The notes under the pieces are model-generated. The model was not told the origin of the DNA. It searched no databases and saw only the letters and a program-made list of their open reading frames with translations. Source: Planctomycetota bacterium (lineage in GTDB: Bacteria; Planctomycetota; GCA-002687715; DRQF01). From it: 11,641 nt of DNA. This document shows positions 1 through 9,041 of this stretch, piece after piece. The stretch covers positions 1-11,641 of the forward strand of contig JAZGFI010000182.1 in assembly GCA_036479435.1 (NCBI GenBank). The letters are read 5' to 3'. A program made the translations under genes and the position numbers. Within the stretch, counting starts at the first letter, position 1, and every line of letters begins with the position of its first letter.

Positions 1-187
1 GGCCGAGGATTTCTTGCTTGGAGCTTGGGCGCCGAGCTTCCTTTTCGGCTGAAAAAGGAGCCTCCCACGACGACAAGGATGGACCGGCCAGATCTTCGGC
101 ATCGCTACCTGCAAGCCAGCTCCAAGCGAAAGCCAGAACTCCGGCCACGAGAATCGTTAGCAGCAAAATGACAACTCGAAATCTCAA
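1..187 (-). CDS. 5' part of third tandem paralogue, exported beta-sandwich (carboxypeptidase regulatory-like) protein; runs off window
   Basis: Not in ORF track. Read from TTG at 187-185: MRFRVVILLLTILVAGVLAFAWSWLAGSDAEDLAGPSLSSWEAPFSAEKEARRPSSKQEILG, aligning with the N-terminus of 212..1765 (MRFRVVILLIAILMAGILAFGLSW...SAEKEARRSNSQQEVLGP). Same 24-nt intergenic gap as the preceding pair. Confidence 0.85.
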   Translation of the reverse strand, partial: MRFRVVILLLTILVAGVLAFAWSWLAGSDAEDLAGPSLSSWEAPFSAEKEARRPSSKQEILG

Positions 188-211
188 CTTCGTTTTCCCG
201 TTTGGAGTGAG

Positions 212-1765
212 TTAGTTGGGCCTTGGGTGCAAAGGGATGATGAGGTCGCTTCGGTTGAATCCCCAGTGAGGACCTCGCGCCTTTATCTGTTCGGAACCAA
301 AGACCTTCAAGGAATCATCGGGGCGAGCCACGTATTTCCCGTACGAAGAAGCACCGTTCTTCTGCCGCAAGTAGCCCCTTACAGATTGCACCCGCAGATC
401 AGCGGCTTGATCAAGGGTTACCGTCACGATTCCCCAAGAACTCGTGCTCGTTGAAATGGTTCTTCCGCTGCCGTCGCGGTAGGCCAAAACAACGTGGGCA
501 CCGGGAGAAACGTTCTTACCTTCGAACTGGAGCTTGGCGACATGCTGAAACGCTCGCTTTAGTTTGAAACGCAGATGCTGAGTCTTGGGTTCTGACTTGA
601 GCTTCATGCGGCGCTGATGGCCGCCGACAACCAAAAAGGGAGCATGTTCCTCGCCAATCTTTAGCCAGTAGTTCCCTGGTGCAAGCCCGCGAAAAACGCA
701 ACGGCCTTTGATGAGTTTCCCGGTGCGGCTGCTCTCCGGTGTCAAGTCTGCGACCAAGGCCATACCCGCCACATTCGAGCCGGCTGACGCCGCAACCATG
801 GCTACTGAGATACCGCCCAAGTCAGTGCCGCCTTCAAGCTGAGCTTCGACCAAAAAATCAATCTTGGCCAGGTGGATCTCGAGAGGAGCAAGGGCTTGCT
901 CACCGCCGACGACAACTTCCACTCTCGTCATCGGAAAGCCATCCGCGAAAACGTCAACGAACCAATGGCCACTCTCCCAAGGCCTAAGCTCAAAAGCACC
1001 ATTCAAATCTGTCCGTGTGGCAGTTTTCGGAGTGTCCAGGGTGGGGACGCTCACCATCTCAAACCAGTCGTCCACTTGCATCAGCCTCACTCGGGCTCCA
1101 ACGACCGGACGACGCTCGACGCCCGCGAACAGCACTTGCCCGCTCACTCGATCCATCGAGCGGACATCTATCTCCAAAAACTGGTCGGGGTTCGCCATCG
1201 AGACCACAACTGAAATAGAGGACACACTCCAATGACGTAGACCTCCGCTAACCGCTGGAGCACCGGTCCTTCGGGATTCTTTTGAGCCCTCGGGAGTGTC
1301 GAAGCTGAGATAACGTTTCCGCAACTCTGGAAGATCCAAGACAATCAACCCGCTAACCCTCAAGGCTATGCGGCCATCACGAATGTCCTCGAACTCAAAA
1401 CTCCCGTCCGCCTTCGTCACTGCCGGCTGGTGCCCGTGGAGAAAGATCTGGCGACCACCCAACTCAAGCTTGCGTTCGCGAGACCGCAAGCGGCCGCGGA
1501 TACGAAAGCTGGGAGTAGCCAACACCTTCTCGGCGAGCTCAGGCAAATCCTCTACCAAACGCCCAATTTGTGATTCAGGGCCGAGGACTTCTTGCTGGGA
1601 GTTCGAGCGCCGAGCTTCCTTTTCGGCGGACGAAGGCGCATCCAACGACGACAAAGATGGATCGGCCAAGACTTCGGCATCAGCATCCACAGGCCAGCTC
1701 AAGCCGAAAGCCAGAATTCCGGCCATGAGAATCGCTATCAGCAAGATGACAACTCGAAATCTCAA
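212..1765 (-). CDS. Exported/membrane-anchored protein with carboxypeptidase regulatory-like (prealbumin-like beta-sandwich) domains
   Basis: 517-aa ORF, TTG start, hydrophobic N-terminus, motifs such as VSGQVLFAG..RPVVGARVRL...TRTDLNGAFEL and FRGLAPGNYWL; full-length paralogue of 1790..3370. Confidence 0.85.
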   Translation of the reverse strand: MRFRVVILLIAILMAGILAFGLSWPVDADAEVLADPSLSSLDAPSSAEKEARRSNSQQEVLGPESQIGRLVEDLPELAEKVLATPSFRIRGRLRSRERKLELGGRQIFLHGHQPAVTKADGSFEFEDIRDGRIALRVSGLIVLDLPELRKRYLSFDTPEGSKESRRTGAPAVSGGLRHWSVSSISVVVSMANPDQFLEIDVRSMDRVSGQVLFAGVERRPVVGARVRLMQVDDWFEMVSVPTLDTPKTATRTDLNGAFELRPWESGHWFVDVFADGFPMTRVEVVVGGEQALAPLEIHLAKIDFLVEAQLEGGTDLGGISVAMVAASAGSNVAGMALVADLTPESSRTGKLIKGRCVFRGLAPGNYWLKIGEEHAPFLVVGGHQRRMKLKSEPKTQHLRFKLKRAFQHVAKLQFEGKNVSPGAHVVLAYRDGSGRTISTSTSSWGIVTVTLDQAADLRVQSVRGYLRQKNGASSYGKYVARPDDSLKVFGSEQIKARGPHWGFNRSDLIIPLHPRPN

Positions 1766-1789
1766 GTCCGTTTTCCAGAAAAGATTGGG

Positions 1790-3370
1790 CTATTGGGGCC
1801 TTAGGCGCAAAGGGATGATGAACTCGGTACGACCGATGCCCCGGTTGGGGCCTCGAGCCTTGATCTCATCAGTACCAAAAACACTCAGTGAAACGGAAGC
1901 AGGATCTTCGAAATGCCCGTGCCAGCGAGTGCCGTTTTCTTGCGCCAGGGAGCCCTCCACCGACAGTAGACGCAAATCCACTCTTCGATCCAGGGTTACC
2001 TTCACGATTCCCCAACGGCTCGTGGTCGTCGAAAGGGTTCTTCCGCTGCCATCGCGATAGGCCAAGACCACCTTGGCGCCCGGGATGATGTCTTTACCTC
2101 CGAATTGGAGTCTGGCGACATGCTGAAACGCTGGTTTCAATCTAAATCGCACTCGCTGGGTTGTGGAATCTGGCTTGATCGTCACGCGACGCTGATAGCC
2201 GCCGACGACGAAATAGGGAGAATGCTCTTTGCCGAAACTGATCCAGTAGTCTCCCGGTGCGAGGCCGTGAAAAACACAGCGCCCCTCGACAAGGTTCTGG
2301 GTTCGGCTGAGGCCAGACGCGCTGCCGAGAAGAAACTCAGCATCGCCCATGCTTCCTCCGTTCACCGCCGCAACCATGGTGATCGCAAGGTTGCCCAAGT
2401 CACTGCGGCAGTCATGATCCACCTCGACCAAGACATCAATTTTTGCCAAGCGAATCTCGAGGGGCACAAGAGGTTGATCTCCTCCAACGACGATCTCAAC
2501 GCGCGTCGTCGAAAAACCCTCCGCCAAGACGTCGACGAACCAGTGTCCGTTGCCCAACACTCCCAGATCGAAAGCGCCATCCACATCCGTCTTGGGATCA
2601 TTGACTTCAGAGATCCCGGCGGCGTACTGAAATATCCACGATTCCCAATTAGAAATCCGAATCCTCGCCCCGGCGACTGGAAGATTGTCTTCCCCCGCGT
2701 AGAGCACCCGCCCTTTCAGTCGAGGAAGCAAACGAACATCGATCTCAATGAACTGGTCGGGTTTCAGCTCCGAGACCGAGATAGATATGGTTGGCAAACC
2801 CCAAGAAACTCGACTTTTGGAAACACCCGGTTCGCCAGATTGTTTGAACTTCGCTTGCTCTTTTGGAACGTCGAGATCAAGAAATCGCTTTCGCAGCTCT
2901 CGCAGATCCAAAGCCAGTCCACTGTCAACTCTCAGGGTTCTAGGCCCCTCGACAAGACCATCAAACTCAAAACTTCCGTCAGCGCTCGTCACCGCCGGTT
3001 TTTGACCTTGAAGCAAAACGAGGCGACCACCTATCTCAAGTTGAGGATCGCGAGTGCGCAAGCGACCGCGGAGGCGAAACCGGCGCGTCGGCAGTTCTCG
3101 CGAGGTCGCTGGGGGCAGCTCTTCTTCAAAGGGCCGGGGTCGTTGAACTGCATTGGAGGCTACCTGAAGGGAGTCGACCGCCCGTGCCGGAACTTGCTGA
3201 ACTCCAAAACTTCGCCGTGCTTTTGCTCTGACGGCCGAAGGCACAGCGACTAAGGGTTGAGACGGATCGGCCAGGTCTTCGGCGTCGTTAACGTCGGCCA
3301 ACCCTATGACAATGGCGATCAGCAAGCCGACCAAGCCCATGATCAGCCAACTTGCAGTTCGGAGGCTCAA
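1790..3370 (-). CDS. Exported/membrane-anchored protein with carboxypeptidase regulatory-like domains (paralogue)
   Basis: ORF track gives 1790..3466, which overlaps the upstream gene. TTG at 3370 (MSLRTASWLIMGLVGLLIAIVIGL) matches the paralogue start and lies 4 nt after the upstream stop; ATG at 3340 is an alternative. Motifs LKGRVLYAGEDNLPVAGARIRI, KTDVDGAFDL, FHGLAPGDYWI. Confidence 0.85.
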   Translation of the reverse strand: MSLRTASWLIMGLVGLLIAIVIGLADVNDAEDLADPSQPLVAVPSAVRAKARRSFGVQQVPARAVDSLQVASNAVQRPRPFEEELPPATSRELPTRRFRLRGRLRTRDPQLEIGGRLVLLQGQKPAVTSADGSFEFDGLVEGPRTLRVDSGLALDLRELRKRFLDLDVPKEQAKFKQSGEPGVSKSRVSWGLPTISISVSELKPDQFIEIDVRLLPRLKGRVLYAGEDNLPVAGARIRISNWESWIFQYAAGISEVNDPKTDVDGAFDLGVLGNGHWFVDVLAEGFSTTRVEIVVGGDQPLVPLEIRLAKIDVLVEVDHDCRSDLGNLAITMVAAVNGGSMGDAEFLLGSASGLSRTQNLVEGRCVFHGLAPGDYWISFGKEHSPYFVVGGYQRRVTIKPDSTTQRVRFRLKPAFQHVARLQFGGKDIIPGAKVVLAYRDGSGRTLSTTTSRWGIVKVTLDRRVDLRLLSVEGSLAQENGTRWHGHFEDPASVSLSVFGTDEIKARGPNRGIGRTEFIIPLRLRPQ

Positions 3371-3374
3371 GAGC

Positions 3375-4721
3375 CTAAAGCTCACGCAGCGAGACGGCTT
3401 CTTGCCAAGCCTGATCGATCGGCCGCAAGATCGTGCCGTCGTTACTGCGCAAACCAATTCCCACAAAGGGCGGGAACATGGCTTGGCCGTCTACGTCGTG
3501 CAGGAACAACCACTGAACGAGCTTCATGTTGATGTTGGTGGTGAGCGAAAAGAAGCGGTCAAGGAAGGCGACTTGGTCAGCTTGGCCACCCGGGTAGGGA
3601 AAACTGGGTGCCGCCAACCAGCCAATCTCGCTAAAAGCCACCGGTCCCCGATCCCAATGCGCAGAGATGTCGTCGTAGTGGCTGGCGGGGATCGCGGCTG
3701 GCGTGGCGTACTCAAGGTAGGGGTAGCTCGTGAAGGCCGCGATATCCATCGGCCCGTCGAGCACCATTTGGTCAAAAGCGGGCCAAGTAACCCCGTGGGC
3801 CCAACCTTGACCCTCACCCTTTAGGAACTCGAGTTGAAAAGTCAGGTAGACCTTCGTGTTGGAACTCGCCAACTTGATAGCGTCGTAGGCATCCTGGTAA
3901 AGCGAGATCCAATCGGCGTACTCTGATGGGTGCGTCGCCCACCAGATGTTGAACTCGTTGGCAATCGCTAACCGCTTAGGACGGTAGGTCGCCGCCACCG
4001 CAGTCAACATGTCCAAGAACTCTTGCCGGGTTTCGGCATTGGTCCAAGTGTTGTTGTTGGGTTGGCTGTCGCTGGTCAGGTCAGGGACCCCTTGCCCATC
4101 GGCCCAACCCAAGACCAAAGTCGGCTCGATGCCGAACTGGTCGCGGGCCGCCATGGCGCTTTGCACCAGCATCGGGATCTCAGCGTTGGTGTCGCCGTCG
4201 TCGCGCCAATTCGTGTGGTAGCCGACGAGTCGACCGTGCGTTGTCGCCGTCAAGAAATCGAGCGCGTCTTGCGTGACGACTCCGACATCGTGGCCCAGTG
4301 GTGAGTAAGCCGTACCCATCAAGATGCCCTGGTGGACGCGCAGGCTGAAGTTTACTTTCGCCATCTGCCTGCCGTCTCGTGCCTCAATCCGAACCGACGC
4401 AGTACCGAGATCGCCGAGAGTTGGAGTCCAGGTAATCCGCCCCAAGTTGTCGACGGTCAATCCCGAAGGGCCATAAATCACGATGTAAGTCGGCGTGCTC
4501 TTGGGGCCGAGCAGCGTCAGCTTGAATCCCCATGGCACATCGACTTCAAGGTTCGAAAGCGCCGCCGGCGCGACCAAAAACTGCAGATCGACATCCACGT
4601 CGCTATCGACACGGTTCAATCCACACCCGGCAATGAGGGTTAAGGCCAAAAGGCAAGTCGCTAGCAACGAAGCCACAAGATTTTGACTTGAGTTACGACC
4701 CGACTGCTTTGAGAATCTCAT
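3375..4721 (-). CDS. Lipoprotein with putative Ig (He_PIG-like) domain and clan GH-A glycoside-hydrolase-like TIM barrel
   Basis: 448 aa; lipobox LIAG-C33; Ig-like segment GPSGLTVDNLGRITWTPTLGDLGTASVRIEARDG; GH-A-type acid/base motif LAIANEFN and nucleophile motif VAFSEIGW. Exact GH family not determinable by eye. Confidence 0.75.
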   Translation of the reverse strand: MRFSKQSGRNSSQNLVASLLATCLLALTLIAGCGLNRVDSDVDVDLQFLVAPAALSNLEVDVPWGFKLTLLGPKSTPTYIVIYGPSGLTVDNLGRITWTPTLGDLGTASVRIEARDGRQMAKVNFSLRVHQGILMGTAYSPLGHDVGVVTQDALDFLTATTHGRLVGYHTNWRDDGDTNAEIPMLVQSAMAARDQFGIEPTLVLGWADGQGVPDLTSDSQPNNNTWTNAETRQEFLDMLTAVAATYRPKRLAIANEFNIWWATHPSEYADWISLYQDAYDAIKLASSNTKVYLTFQLEFLKGEGQGWAHGVTWPAFDQMVLDGPMDIAAFTSYPYLEYATPAAIPASHYDDISAHWDRGPVAFSEIGWLAAPSFPYPGGQADQVAFLDRFFSLTTNINMKLVQWLFLHDVDGQAMFPPFVGIGLRSNDGTILRPIDQAWQEAVSLREL

Positions 4722-4849
4722 GGCAGAATCCTATCAGAAGGACTCAGGCGCTTCTCTTCGAAAAGCGCCCTGGCGCCGACAAGGCATCAACTTGGCGATC
4801 CCGCGGCGTGAAAGCGGCGGGCATGACGTCGACGAAGGCGAGCAACACC

Positions 4850-5746
4850 ATGACCAGAGAAACCCGTGTCGTCGATAACCGAGTGTTCTTGACCGGTTTA
4901 GACGAGCTTTACCGCACGGCGATGATGCAACACGAGAGCAGCGAACTGCTAACTTGCGCCCGACGCGTCGCCGAAAAACTCAAAGCACAACCAGCAAACC
5001 TGCCCGTCGCGGGCTACTACGTCAAATCCAAAGAGCTGACTGAGTTCTTCCTCCTCATGAAGGCTCTTCAGGAAATTGGCGAAGACCAAAGGCCTGAGGT
5101 GGAGACGATGCCCGAGTATCAACGCCTGCTGGCCGTCACTTCCTCCGCTTTGTATGGCCGCCCCGCGCAGACCGGCAAACTACTGCCCCTGGCGATCAAC
5201 TCTCTCACTCAAGCCCTGGGGGAATCGGAAAACTGGTCGCTCCAAGAACTGGTCAAGACGGCCAGCAAAGTGGCGAGGGGCAATGATGACGACTCCATCG
5301 TCGGCCTCGCCGCATTGGCCAAAGATGCGCTGATGGTGGTCGCTACAAGTGAGTCGGTGACTCTTTTCACCTTAGATTCCACAACGTCAGCGTGGCCAGG
5401 CCGCAGAGAACCACCTCGCTACCTATGGAAGGTTGATGCCGATCTCAGCGAGCGCGCAACACGATTCGTTGAAACCTTCAACGCCCTTTTTGTTGAGGAT
5501 CTCCCCCGACCAGGCCAACATCAAGCTGAGGCCTACTGGCGAGCAGCCCGTTCCGACACGCACTTGGGTCGCTGCGTTTGTCTTGGCAGGAGCTTTGGCG
5601 ATCACCACTACTATCACTGGGCCATCCGTCGCAGTGAAGCCGGTGGGTACGAAGTCGACGAATTCTGGCATGCCGAACGGTGGACCACGGCGCGCTATCG
5701 TGAATCCATTGGGTATGTGGGCATAGCTTCGGCGCCCGGATTTTGA
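4850..5746 (+). CDS. Hypothetical protein (weak DUF3160-like motif)
   Basis: Long ORF (track 4688..5746); ATG 4850 or 4823 avoids overlap with the divergent gene. PVAGYYVKSKELTEFFLLMKAL resembles the GHY..S..L..YF..M motif I recall from DUF3160 (tentative). Confidence 0.7.
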   Translation: MTRETRVVDNRVFLTGLDELYRTAMMQHESSELLTCARRVAEKLKAQPANLPVAGYYVKSKELTEFFLLMKALQEIGEDQRPEVETMPEYQRLLAVTSSALYGRPAQTGKLLPLAINSLTQALGESENWSLQELVKTASKVARGNDDDSIVGLAALAKDALMVVATSESVTLFTLDSTTSAWPGRREPPRYLWKVDADLSERATRFVETFNALFVEDLPRPGQHQAEAYWRAARSDTHLGRCVCLGRSFGDHHYYHWAIRRSEAGGYEVDEFWHAERWTTARYRESIGYVGIASAPGF

Positions 5747-5789
5747 AGTCCTCTCCAAGAAAACCAGCTTTGGTCACCAGCACTGCGGT

Positions 5790-6284
5790 CTAAGCGGGAT
5801 CTTGACCAAGCCAACAATTCTGCGTCGAGAGTTCTTTGGCCCCGGCCGCTTTGGCCTGCAAAAACAGCTGCATTCGGTAGGCGGCATAGAACTTCAATGT
5901 CGTATTGACGAGCACCTCGCCCAGCATTGCCTCACCACCCCAAGGGTAGGCCACCTTGCGGCTGACCAGATCTTCGTCGCTCACTTCGACAAGGATCGAC
6001 TCAATCTTCGCAAGTTGGCGATCCAGCTGGGCTGGGAAATCCGAAGGCACGACGTCCGCATCTCCGCTTTCTTCGTAGACCTCCTTGAATTTATCCCAGC
6101 CGTGGATCGCACAATAGGCTGGCAACCAGCCACAAGTCCCAAGGTAAACCAGCAGCTCTTTCGTGCTTCTCATTCCCTCTGCGATCCGAAACCCCATTGC
6201 CCCCTCTGGAATCTTGCTCTGAAGATGCTTCAGTATCTGCGTTTCACTGCGGACTGAGTCAAGAAACTGCTTGCGATCGAACAT
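5790..6284 (-). CDS. DinB/YfiT-like four-helix-bundle protein
   Basis: 164 aa, AGGAG RBS upstream; family pattern IPEGAMGFR...RSTKELLVYL ... SDEDL...YPWG ... YRMQLFLQAKAAG. Not the DNA polymerase IV dinB. Confidence 0.8.
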   Translation of the reverse strand: MFDRKQFLDSVRSETQILKHLQSKIPEGAMGFRIAEGMRSTKELLVYLGTCGWLPAYCAIHGWDKFKEVYEESGDADVVPSDFPAQLDRQLAKIESILVEVSDEDLVSRKVAYPWGGEAMLGEVLVNTTLKFYAAYRMQLFLQAKAAGAKELSTQNCWLGQDPA

Positions 6285-6535
6285 GGAATTTCACTCCTGG
6301 ATTTTTTGGAAACCGATGATGACAGCAAACCCCGAGGAACTCCAAGAATTCGTTCCTGGGCAGGCATCTCATGCTCCTCCGTCACGATGCGAGCTCCATC
6401 CCCATGCTTCAGGTAGGCAAACTGGTGCAAGTCGGCGATAGTCTTCTCTTGCGGCCGAGCGCAACCCGAAGCAAGAAAAAGAAATGCCACCAAGCACAAG
6501 CCGCTTTCAACGACGCCCCCCGACAAGACCTTCAT
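6230..6535 (-). CDS. Possible small or truncated lipoprotein
   Basis: ATG start, hydrophobic stretch and lipobox LASG-C; 3' end overlaps the DinB-like gene by 55 nt and is Ser-rich. Confidence 0.4.
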   Translation of the reverse strand: MKVLSGGVVESGLCLVAFLFLASGCARPQEKTIADLHQFAYLKHGDGARIVTEEHEMPAQERILGVPRGLLSSSVSKKSRSEIPCSIASSFLTQSAVKRRY

Positions 6536-6608
6536 GCTGATTTCCCGCCCACTCCATCGCCAAGTTCAGCCGCGGTTCTTGGGGCTTTGATTGCCCATCG
6601 CGAATCAC

Positions 6609-7654
6609 TTACTCCGCTCGATCAAAGTCCAAGATCAGTCTTTTGATCTCTTCGCTTTTTTTGTCGGTGATCTCGAGGAGTACTTCCCGATCGACATCGA
6701 ATGGTCCAGTAACCTGTCCCAAGGAGATACCCTCAATGGCGCCCCGTTTCCATTTGCTGGACCGAGGTGCGACACGAAGCTCATAGCTCCTTGGTCGCTC
6801 GGCCGGAAGATGAAAGCAAAGGACGTCATCAACGTAGGAACGAATCATCAGTTCCACGCGCGGCGCATCTGATCTCGCCAAACGTATTTTCCAAGAACCG
6901 TTGCCAAGGGTGGGCAAAGTCTCTGAAAGCCGAATGGAGAGAATTGCTGCCCACTCCAAGCGAACCTCTTCAGGGATGGGAATGTTGCGAAGACTCTTGG
7001 CAGCGATGCTTCGAACGCCATTTCTGGCGAACTGAAAGGGTGGACTGATGTAGATGTCGGCCAGGGCACCGCTTGCTGCCCCAAAGCGGAACTCACCCTG
7101 GGATTCTGTTTTGCCGCTCTCATGAACGGTTCCAGTCTGCTGTTCAAGGCTGCACCTGACTTCTGCCCCAATCAGCGGCTTCCCTTTGGGATCGAGAACT
7201 CTGATCGAGTAACGTCGCCGATCGTTGTCGATGACGATAGACTGAAGGCGATCCGATTGGGTCGACTTGCCCGACATCACGACGATGCCGCTTTCTCGCA
7301 ACACGACCTTTCTTCGATACAGCAACTCGAGGGTGTAAGTCCCCGGGTTCAATGCCTCCGGAATCAGAGCACCACCCCCTCTAAGCCTGATGTTGCGCTC
7401 AGTATTGTCGTCCTCCGAAATAACGCGCGCCGAAATCTCCGCACGGTTGAACAGCTCTAACTAGCCGATAGCCAGCCAACCTCTGATGAAACCACCTCGG
7501 AAAACGACAAGGCTAAGGGCTTGATCTCCCGGCTCAAAAGGCCTCGGTTCTCCCTGCCAAGGCCCAAGGGCTGATAGCTGATGCTGTGCATTCTCAAGGG
7601 CATGGCCGCAAATCTCGAATCGCCCGTCGGCATCACTCGCCTTCGAGTAGAAGC
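6609..7654 (-). pseudogene. 3' part of a large carboxypeptidase regulatory-like domain gene, interrupted by IS1182 and carrying an in-frame TAG
   Basis: Track ORFs 7461..7796 and 6609..7352 share a frame: ...GFIRGWLAIG*LELFNRAEISARV...IPEALNPGTYTLEL..., with a single TAG at 7463-7461. Motif IRVLDPKGKPLIGAEV...GKTESQGEFRF. Confidence 0.85.
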
Positions 7655-7851
7655 CTAGGAGCGTGCGCCACTGGACGGATTTGGCGACGCGAGGAATGCC
7701 CACCGGCATTTGTTTTGAGCCGAATCGCGTTTGTGGGATTTCGAGCGTCAGTCGCTCGCTGTTGAGATCGCCAAGCCAGCTTGGCGGCGCAGGCATTTCA
7801 CTTGGCCGTCGTTGATTGATTTAGCGGTCTGCACCGCCGCCCTTGGTCGAA

Positions 7852-8773
7852 TCATGTCCATGTGATGAGCTGGTTCATCCGCCTCAGGTTCACTACGAAG
7901 GCAACGAGAGAGAATTCGCCAGCGGCTTTCTTCTTTCCTCTCACGCTGAATTGTCGAAAGCCCATCGCTGATTTGATCCAGCCGAAGGGTGCCTCGGCAA
8001 CCCACTTGCGCTCGCGGTAGCGCTTTTTTCCTCGCTCGGAGTTCATCTTCTTGGCCATCCTCTTGGTGGCCCTGTGCTTGTCATTGATCTTTTTCTTTGC
8101 GCCCTTTTCGCCGCGGCCGATTGCGACGTAGCCGTCAACACAGCGTCGTTCGAGTTCTTGAAGGTTTGCTTCGGAGCAATAGCCGGCGTCGGCCAGTACG
8201 CGCTTGGGATCAACGCCGTTGAAATTGAGTTTCGTACGATCGAGCACCGGTATCAGTTGTTGGAAGTCGGAGGCTTGCTCGGTGACTTGTGTCGCCACGA
8301 TGAGTTGGGAGTCCCGGTCAACGCCAATCTGAGCATTATAGCCCTGCACATACCCCTTCGCGCTCTTCATGATTCGGCTCTCGGGGTCGGTAAAGTTGTC
8401 CTGAGCCTTATCGGGGGGCGTCCCAAAGGAACGCGCATGTGGTCGGCCACGCCGGCATTTTTGATCATCCCCCTCCGAGCGGCCCGCCGCTGAATCCTTG
8501 GCCTTTTGACGTTCTTCCAAACGAGCCTTCGCCTCCTGGATTGCTTTGAGCCGCTTCTCCGCCCGAGCAAGTTCGTCCGGAAGCTCGTCGCCACGAGACT
8601 CTCCGTGCTCACCATCTTCGGCTTCATCAACCTCCGATGCCTTCTTCGTCAATTCGCCAACTCTCTCCTTCAGCTTCTTCTCTTCCTCAATCATCCGGCC
8701 GTAGCTCATCGCCTTGTGCTTGCTCGCATTGGCTCTGATCTTCGTCCCGTCGATACCGATCGTCCCGAGTTTC
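7852..8773 (-). pseudogene. IS1182-family transposase, C-terminal part (DDE region)
   Basis: KLGTIGIDGTKIRANASKHKAMSY, NFTDPESRIMK, QGYNAQIGVD, LADAGYCSE and RKWVAEAPFGWIK..MGFRQFSVRG are typical IS1182 motifs. Confidence 0.93.
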
Positions 8774-8779
8774 GCTAGG

Positions 8780-8857
8780 TGTGAGCAGCCAACTTATTTG
8801 AGGTCAAATCGACGATTTATCGCCACGCTCTTTGAGGCTCGTTGGGTTCTGAGCCTC
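8780..8857 (+). repeat. Left end with repeated TTTGAGG motifs (putative transposase-binding sites)
   Basis: TTTGAGG at 8797-8803 and 8831-8837; CCACGCTCTTTGAGGCTCG (8823-8841) is the exact 19-bp reverse complement of 9921-9939. Confidence 0.8.
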
Positions 8858-9041
8858 GTTTACCTTGGCGTTCGGCATCCGAGCTATGCCTTTGAAAACC
8901 TCGGGGGTTTAAGGGGGCTGGCCCCCTTCTTTGTGCAAGCGCCGCAGGCGCTACCGCTTGGCAATGCCGTCAGTTTCGTCTCTTGACTTTTCCGTTGTCA
9001 GAGCCAAAGTGCTGTCGACACGCGATAGACGAGGCGAGAAT

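Larger units (their letters stand above)
1..3370 (-). repeat. Tandem gene-duplication array (at least 3 units, period about 1.58-1.6 kb)
   Basis: Starts at 187/1765/3370; stops at 212/1790. The 187/1765 starts and the two stops are both 1578 bp apart. DNA at 1-198 visibly aligns with 1579-1776. Confidence 0.9.

Noticed and set aside
2105..3253. 382-aa plus-strand ORF (also 1368..2060 and other antisense ORFs)
   Set aside because: Antisense shadows of well-supported minus-strand genes; not preserved as open frames in the paralogous unit.
1..3370. Diversity-generating retroelement acting on the paralogues
   Set aside because: No reverse transcriptase or template repeat seen; differences span whole genes and are not adenine-specific.
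7461..7463. Amber recoding or read-through (pyrrolysine, alternative genetic code)
   Set aside because: TAG is used as a normal stop at 1790, 3375 and 5790, and the gene is already IS-disrupted, so a nonsense mutation is simpler.
7769..7837. Intrinsic terminator after the IS1182 transposase
   Set aside because: Two short stems (7769-7786, 7824-7837) but no U-tract on the minus strand.
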